64,000 bases of DNA from Desulfurococcales archaeon (GTDB lineage Archaea > Thermoproteota > Thermoprotei_A > Sulfolobales > Ignisphaeraceae). Location: positions 38,950 through 102,949 of the forward strand of contig JAPWUB010000001.1 in assembly GCA_028275745.1 (NCBI GenBank), given 5' to 3'. The notes beneath the pieces are model-generated. The model ran no database searches and was not told the origin of the DNA. It saw only the letters and a list, made by a program, of their open reading frames with translations. This document shows, piece after piece, positions 59,265-64,000 of the stretch. A program made the position numbers and the translations under genes. The stretch's first letter is position 1, and each line of letters begins with the position of its first letter.

Positions 59265-59466
59265 CACTGATTTCAATTTTGCTTAACTCTACATTTGTAC
59301 TTAATGGCTTACCACATACCGGGCATCTGTTACTGCCAAGCCTAGCTAATAGTTCTGATGGTGAAGGCAAACCAAAGTAATCTTGTCCTGCACGCAAAAA
59401 TCGGTATATTATTGTACCACAATGTGAGCATCTATATATAACTGGCATCAACATCAACCTAATCAC
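59251..59466 (-). CDS. small zinc-ribbon protein
   Basis: YRCSHCG...GQDYFGLPSPSEL...CPVCGKPL; start probably ATG 59448. Confidence 0.8.
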   Translation of the reverse strand: MIRLMLMPVIYRCSHCGTIIYRFLRAGQDYFGLPSPSELLARLGSNRCPVCGKPLSTNVELSKIEISVRRM

Positions 59467-59752
59467 GTAAGTTCTGAGAATATCATTTTAATATAATCTC
59501 AAGAATTATACATATTACTCTAGTAATACCCAGATCACCGATATAGCTTAACCTATGTAAAACAACATAAAACTGTATTGAAATTTAACTGACACAAAAT
59601 TAGTTTAATTAATAAAAATAGCTGTTTATTAACAACTGAATTAGTTTAGCATTGTTCATTGCAGGTAATTCATACAGGTAATACTTAGAAATTGAAAGTA
59701 TGAAGATGGAGAAAGTAATGATGGTGTTAAATTTAGTATTGGTAACAATTGA

Positions 59753-59850
<98 letters not shown>

Positions 59851-59949
59851 AGTGTATTTACATTCACTAATAGTTTATGTTGTAACATTATTAGAAATAT
59901 TTTAAGCTTTAAGGTGCGTGGCTATAGGAAAAGCAGATGATGCTGTGAT

Positions 59950-60216
59950 TTAGATCTTCACTATCTTTATTTCGTCAGCACCTTCACATTTCTCCATTTC
60001 TCTTCGCCACAAAATAGCAGGAGTCCATGCAATCCATGCGGGGATTTTCTTAACAAATTCGTATGCTTCGCTCCAGCCATCAAGCCCTAGAGCTTCGGCT
60101 AGTTGCTCTAAACTCATTTCTGTCCTCACATATGTGTTCAATATCTTTACAACTTTATCATCAATTTCAACTTCTTTGTCACTTACTTTGATTACATATT
60201 TAATGCATGTAGTCAT
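59950..60216 (-). CDS. conserved crenarchaeal hypothetical protein (HTH-like)
   Basis: 88 aa, MSLEQLAEALGLDGWSEAYEFVKKIPAWI. Confidence 0.75.
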   Translation of the reverse strand: MTTCIKYVIKVSDKEVEIDDKVVKILNTYVRTEMSLEQLAEALGLDGWSEAYEFVKKIPAWIAWTPAILWRREMEKCEGADEIKIVKI

Positions 60217-60373
60217 TCCTTCTAGCCCCTCTTTTTATTTAGGGTTTTGAATTGTTTGCTGTTAGATCTCTTTAAGGGATGCGGAGTTAAAAGTGTTTAT
60301 TGCATATTCATACTTCAGGCACTTGTTTTGCGCTGAAGGTAGTACCAATGCTTTATACATTATATCTAGGTCT

Positions 60374-62452
60374 TCATACTACAGGAGCGTAGCACCCTTC
60401 ACTAGCTTGGTATATTAGTCCTTCTCGTCTCATTTTAGTTAGGATTTCTTCTACAAGCTTATCTTCAATGCCTTTTTCTCTTGCTTTGCTCACTATCTCC
60501 TTTATCTTAGCACATCCCTTTTCTTTGGCGAGCTCTCTTATTATCTCCTCAATAATTAGTATCTTTTCTCTCTGCGACTTAGGCTTGCCTGTCATTATTA
60601 CATCGATATCTACTTCACCGCTTTCGATATCTATTCCAACGCTTTCTAGCATGCTCTTCATAAGTCTTATTGCCTCAGCCGCATCTTCTTCTGTTACTAC
60701 GTTCTTTAACGCCATTTTAGCATGTGCCTCCGCAAGTCTTATTAGAGCTTCTAGCTGTCTAGCTGTGATCGCTATCGGTGAATCGGGTGCTTCTAAGCTC
60801 TTCCTCCTCATTTCTACAAAGAATTCTTCTAGCATGTGCCTAGCTTCTTCAGATAGAACAGGTCTTACATATTTTCTAGCATAGGCAATGTACTTACGTA
60901 GAGTATCAACATCAATTAAAGGTTTTATATCCTCACCTTTCATGTGAGTGTATGTGATGTGACGAGCTAGTTGCAGATCCCTTTCCGTATCTGGCACATC
61001 TCTAAGGACAAATATTAAGTCAAATCGTGAAAGAATTGTGGGTGGGAGATTAACGTTCTCAGCTATAGATCTATTTGGCAGATATCTTCCATACTTGGGA
61101 TTACCGGCAGCAAGTATAGATGTCCTAGCATTAAGTCTTGCAACAATGCCTGCCTTTGTTATAGATACGGTCTGTTGCTCCATTGCTTCATGTATTGCAA
61201 CCCTATCTTCTTCCCTCATCTTATCTATCTCATCTATGCATGCAATTCCTCCATCTGCTATCACAAGAGCTCCTGCCTCAAGATAATATTCGCCTGTCTG
61301 CTTATCTCTTACAACAGCTGCTGTAAGCCCTGCAGCAGTGGCTCCTTTACCTGTTGTATACACAGCTCTTGGGGCAATCTTTGCTACATATTGAAGTAGC
61401 TGTGATTTGGCTGTGCCAGGATCTCCAATTATGAGTACATGTATGTCTCCTCTAATCCTAGTTCCATCAGGTAGAGTCTTTGGCACACCACCAAAGAGAA
61501 GAAGTGCAATAGCTTCTTTAATATCCCATAAACCATGTATTGCAGGAGCTATTGAAGCTATAATTTTCCTTCTTATTAATGGATCCTTGGCAAGCTCTCT
61601 AATTTTCTCCTCATCTTCTTTAGTTATCTCAATCTCTTCAAGTATTCTTTGTGAAACAATTATGTTATTGACCTCGATGTACATATCACGCAAGCTCTTA
61701 GCCTTTTTAGCGCCACTACTCTTCCTAACTTTGAGAATCCCAATGATAATCACCCTATCACCAGGCCTCGCAACATCAACAAGGTCGTCATATACATCAG
61801 CTTCTATGGATCTAGGCATCCTACCAGCAGGCATCTCTTCAGGCTTTTCCTGAATTACAATTCTTTGAAAATCTTTAAATAGCGATTTCTCTTCCAAAAG
61901 CTTCCACGTACCAGTCGACTTGTGGCAGAATGGACATTGCAGAGGCCTTTCAATAACATCATCTGTTACTGTAACACGGACTTCATTACCGCATTCATGT
62001 TGGAAAACTGCTTCAACAAGCTTTTGCTTTGGTGGTGAAGCTCTAACAACAATACCTTCAACAGCCACTAATGTGTCTAGCATATAGCTCTTCAAGTCCC
62101 TAATTTTGTAGACTATGGGTAAGTTCTTAAATCGTGGGATAATCTCATGTACTTTTTCCGCATACTCAGGCGCTTCATATTCAACAAACTTCTTTAAAAC
62201 ATTTGAGAACTGCTTTATCACATACTCAGGATTCTTCAACGTCAATTCAGCGAGTTTTGGATTGTAGATCATGAGATCTTCGAAATTTATCTCGATATCA
62301 GCTCTATTTTCAAGTATCATTTTCTTAATATGCTCTCTATATTTCGCCTTTCCATCAACTTTGAAATTTTGAATGAAATCTTCTATACTGCTAGCTACAT
62401 CAACTGTTAACCCACTTTCCAAAGAAATCTGTGTGGGTAACTCTTGAGTCAA
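60374..62452 (-). CDS. mcm: replicative helicase MCM
   Basis: Zn finger HEC..CPFC, IGDPGTAKSQLL, CIDEIDKM, IHEAMEQQTVSI, SRFD, TARQLE; no intein. Confidence 0.98.
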   Translation of the reverse strand: MTQELPTQISLESGLTVDVASSIEDFIQNFKVDGKAKYREHIKKMILENRADIEINFEDLMIYNPKLAELTLKNPEYVIKQFSNVLKKFVEYEAPEYAEKVHEIIPRFKNLPIVYKIRDLKSYMLDTLVAVEGIVVRASPPKQKLVEAVFQHECGNEVRVTVTDDVIERPLQCPFCHKSTGTWKLLEEKSLFKDFQRIVIQEKPEEMPAGRMPRSIEADVYDDLVDVARPGDRVIIIGILKVRKSSGAKKAKSLRDMYIEVNNIIVSQRILEEIEITKEDEEKIRELAKDPLIRRKIIASIAPAIHGLWDIKEAIALLLFGGVPKTLPDGTRIRGDIHVLIIGDPGTAKSQLLQYVAKIAPRAVYTTGKGATAAGLTAAVVRDKQTGEYYLEAGALVIADGGIACIDEIDKMREEDRVAIHEAMEQQTVSITKAGIVARLNARTSILAAGNPKYGRYLPNRSIAENVNLPPTILSRFDLIFVLRDVPDTERDLQLARHITYTHMKGEDIKPLIDVDTLRKYIAYARKYVRPVLSEEARHMLEEFFVEMRRKSLEAPDSPIAITARQLEALIRLAEAHAKMALKNVVTEEDAAEAIRLMKSMLESVGIDIESGEVDIDVIMTGKPKSQREKILIIEEIIRELAKEKGCAKIKEIVSKAREKGIEDKLVEEILTKMRREGLIYQASEGCYAPVV

Positions 62453-62472
62453 TGTACATCACCCTTATTTTG

Positions 62473-63015
62473 TTATTTTGAGATTAGGAATTGACGAGTC
62501 CACGACTCCAACAGTTTCTGAATACCTATAGCCATGGTCTTTTCTTCTATAGATAAGGATTTTACTACACTTTCAAGGTTTCCAAACTGCAAAGCTCTAA
62601 GAATTACTGCAAGCCTTAAATTGAAGATCTCGTTGAAATCCTCTTTTGCTCTATCAACAATTCTAATGAGAGTTATATCAATATCTTTCCTAGCTTTTTC
62701 TTCAAGCTTTGTTATTGTGTCACGTACTGTAATGTAGAAGAAATCATCTAGTTTTACGAGTGTGGAACGCTGTTGTGTGTGAGCAAATCTCATTTTTGTA
62801 AGGTCTTGTGGGCTTGGAGCCTTCTCTAAAATCTCAACATAACCTAGCTTCTCTAAAACCTCAGCAATAAATCTAGGCATCTTTTCCTCAGATCCTTTCT
62901 GCAGACTAGAACCTAGTACCGGTATAGGGGGCACAGTCCTGAGTACCATAACCTTTACAGGGCTTAACATGTAAATATGCTTAAGCAGCTCAAACTCTAC
63001 GTTAATTTGTGCCAC
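62473..63015 (-). CDS. GINS subunit Gins23
   Basis: N-terminal B domain (VKVMVLR..MPRFIAEVL..GYVE) then helical A domain; directly upstream of mcm as in crenarchaea. Confidence 0.85.
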   Translation of the reverse strand: MAQINVEFELLKHIYMLSPVKVMVLRTVPPIPVLGSSLQKGSEEKMPRFIAEVLEKLGYVEILEKAPSPQDLTKMRFAHTQQRSTLVKLDDFFYITVRDTITKLEEKARKDIDITLIRIVDRAKEDFNEIFNLRLAVILRALQFGNLESVVKSLSIEEKTMAIGIQKLLESWTRQFLISK

Positions 63016-63139
63016 CCTTAAGATAGAATTTCTTCCTTACTACGCTTAAAATCCTGAGGCAAATCGTTTTGTGATGAGTCAGAAAATATTTAGTACCTTG
63101 TAGCGAGTAAAACATTAGTTTGGAAGAGGGCGTTAAACG

Positions 63140-64000
63140 TTGAGTAAAAGCGTTTCAGAGCTTTTGTGGGCTGAAAAATATAGACCTAAATCGCTTAAGG
63201 AACTCGTTAACCAAGAAGAGATTGTGAAGAGACTTATGAAGTTTGTTGAAGAAAGAAACATGCCACACTTACTTTTTGCAGGACCTCCTGGAACTGGCAA
63301 AACAACGGCAGCACTGGCTTTAGCACACGATCTTTATGGTGAGGATTGGAGAAAGTATGTATTAGAGCTTAATGCTAGCGATGAGAGAGGCATTGCTGTG
63401 ATAAGGAGTAAGGTAAAGGAGTTTGCTCGTAGTAAGCTTCCCGGCGATATACCGTTCAAGATAGTCATATTAGATGAGGCAGATAATATGACTGCCGATG
63501 CGCAACAAGCTTTAAGAAGAATAATGGAGATGTTTGTTGAAACAACAAGATTCATATTAATAGCAAACTTTCCTAGCAAGATAATAGAACCTATTCAGTC
63601 TCGATGCGCATCATTTAGGTTCACACCACTTAAGAAAGAAGATGTAGTTTCTAGACTAAAGTGGATCTGTGAGCAGGAGAATGTGGTTTGTCATCAAGAC
63701 GCTCTTGAAACAATTTATGAGATTAGCGAAGGTGATATGAGGAAAGCTATAAACATTCTTCAAGCAGCAGCAGCATTAGGTGAAGTAACTGTTTCACATG
63801 TATATAAAGTTGTGGGACTAGCACATCCAAAAGAGATAAGGGAAATACTGAATTTAGCGTTGCAGGGTAAGTTCATCGAATCAAGGGATAGATTAAGAGA
63901 GCTGATGGTAACATACGGGCTTAGTGGTACAGATGTGCTGAAACAGATGCATAGAGAAATATTCTCTGCCGATCTTAAGATACCGGAAGATGTTAGGGTT
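63140..64000 (+). CDS. rfcS: replication factor C small subunit (runs off the window end)
   Basis: TTG 63140; LWAEKYRP, HLLFAGPPGTGKTT, LELNASDERG, ILDEAD, IQSRC, GDMRKAIN. Confidence 0.96.
   Translation, partial: MSKSVSELLWAEKYRPKSLKELVNQEEIVKRLMKFVEERNMPHLLFAGPPGTGKTTAALALAHDLYGEDWRKYVLELNASDERGIAVIRSKVKEFARSKLPGDIPFKIVILDEADNMTADAQQALRRIMEMFVETTRFILIANFPSKIIEPIQSRCASFRFTPLKKEDVVSRLKWICEQENVVCHQDALETIYEISEGDMRKAINILQAAAALGEVTVSHVYKVVGLAHPKEIREILNLALQGKFIESRDRLRELMVTYGLSGTDVLKQMHREIFSADLKIPEDVRV

Noticed and set aside
59677-59698. GGTAATACTTAGAAATTGAAAG, ending in the ATTGAAAG handle typical of crenarchaeal CRISPR repeats
   Set aside because: Single copy with no regularly spaced repeats and no cas genes; likely chance in AT-rich DNA
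59467-59752. AT-rich gap near mcm/gins/rfc with short repeats (AATTAGTTTA x2, CAGGTAAT x2) as a possible replication origin
   Set aside because: No ORB-like motif with a G-string and no cdc6/orc1 or whiP gene adjacent
60374-62452. Inteins in MCM (also checked RtcB, RadA, RFC-S, Lhr)
   Set aside because: Protein lengths are normal and the motifs are contiguous

Overview
AT-rich core-genome region of a hyperthermophilic crenarchaeon. Rpo13, Cren7, the Ced DNA-import genes, an intron-split cbf5, two PCNA paralogs, Gins15/Gins23 and GAPOR point to Desulfurococcales, possibly an Ignisphaera-like organism (inference). The window holds a fragmented and partly inverted S10/spc ribosomal protein superoperon; replication genes (PCNA x2, PriS, Gins15, MCM, Gins23, RFC-S, RadA); RNA-processing genes (Trm5-like, RtcB, ThpR, CCA enzyme, Cbf5, Nop10, m5C MTase); archaeal lipid genes (MvK, DGGGPS, GGR); thrS and pyrG; and three tRNAs (Arg-CCG, Ser-GGA, intron-containing Pro-GGG). 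Features absent from or incomplete in the ORF track: five box C/D guide sRNAs, one H/ACA-like RNA, rps14, the 38-nt BHB intron in cbf5, a cmk gene that appears to need a CUG start, and a 28-codon basic ORF heading the L3 operon. Best candidates for undescribed biology: (i) an Lhr helicase-cedA1-cedA-cedA2 locus whose CedA carries a large extra domain; (ii) a four-gene operon joining a degenerate MetE-like barrel, a ubiquitin-like/ThiS protein, a catalytically degenerate aldo-keto reductase and MEMO1; (iii) a MoaD/SAMP protein whose GG terminus is masked by a 6-residue tail. No CRISPR array, transposase or integrase was seen. All assignments come from motif recognition by eye; no searches were run.
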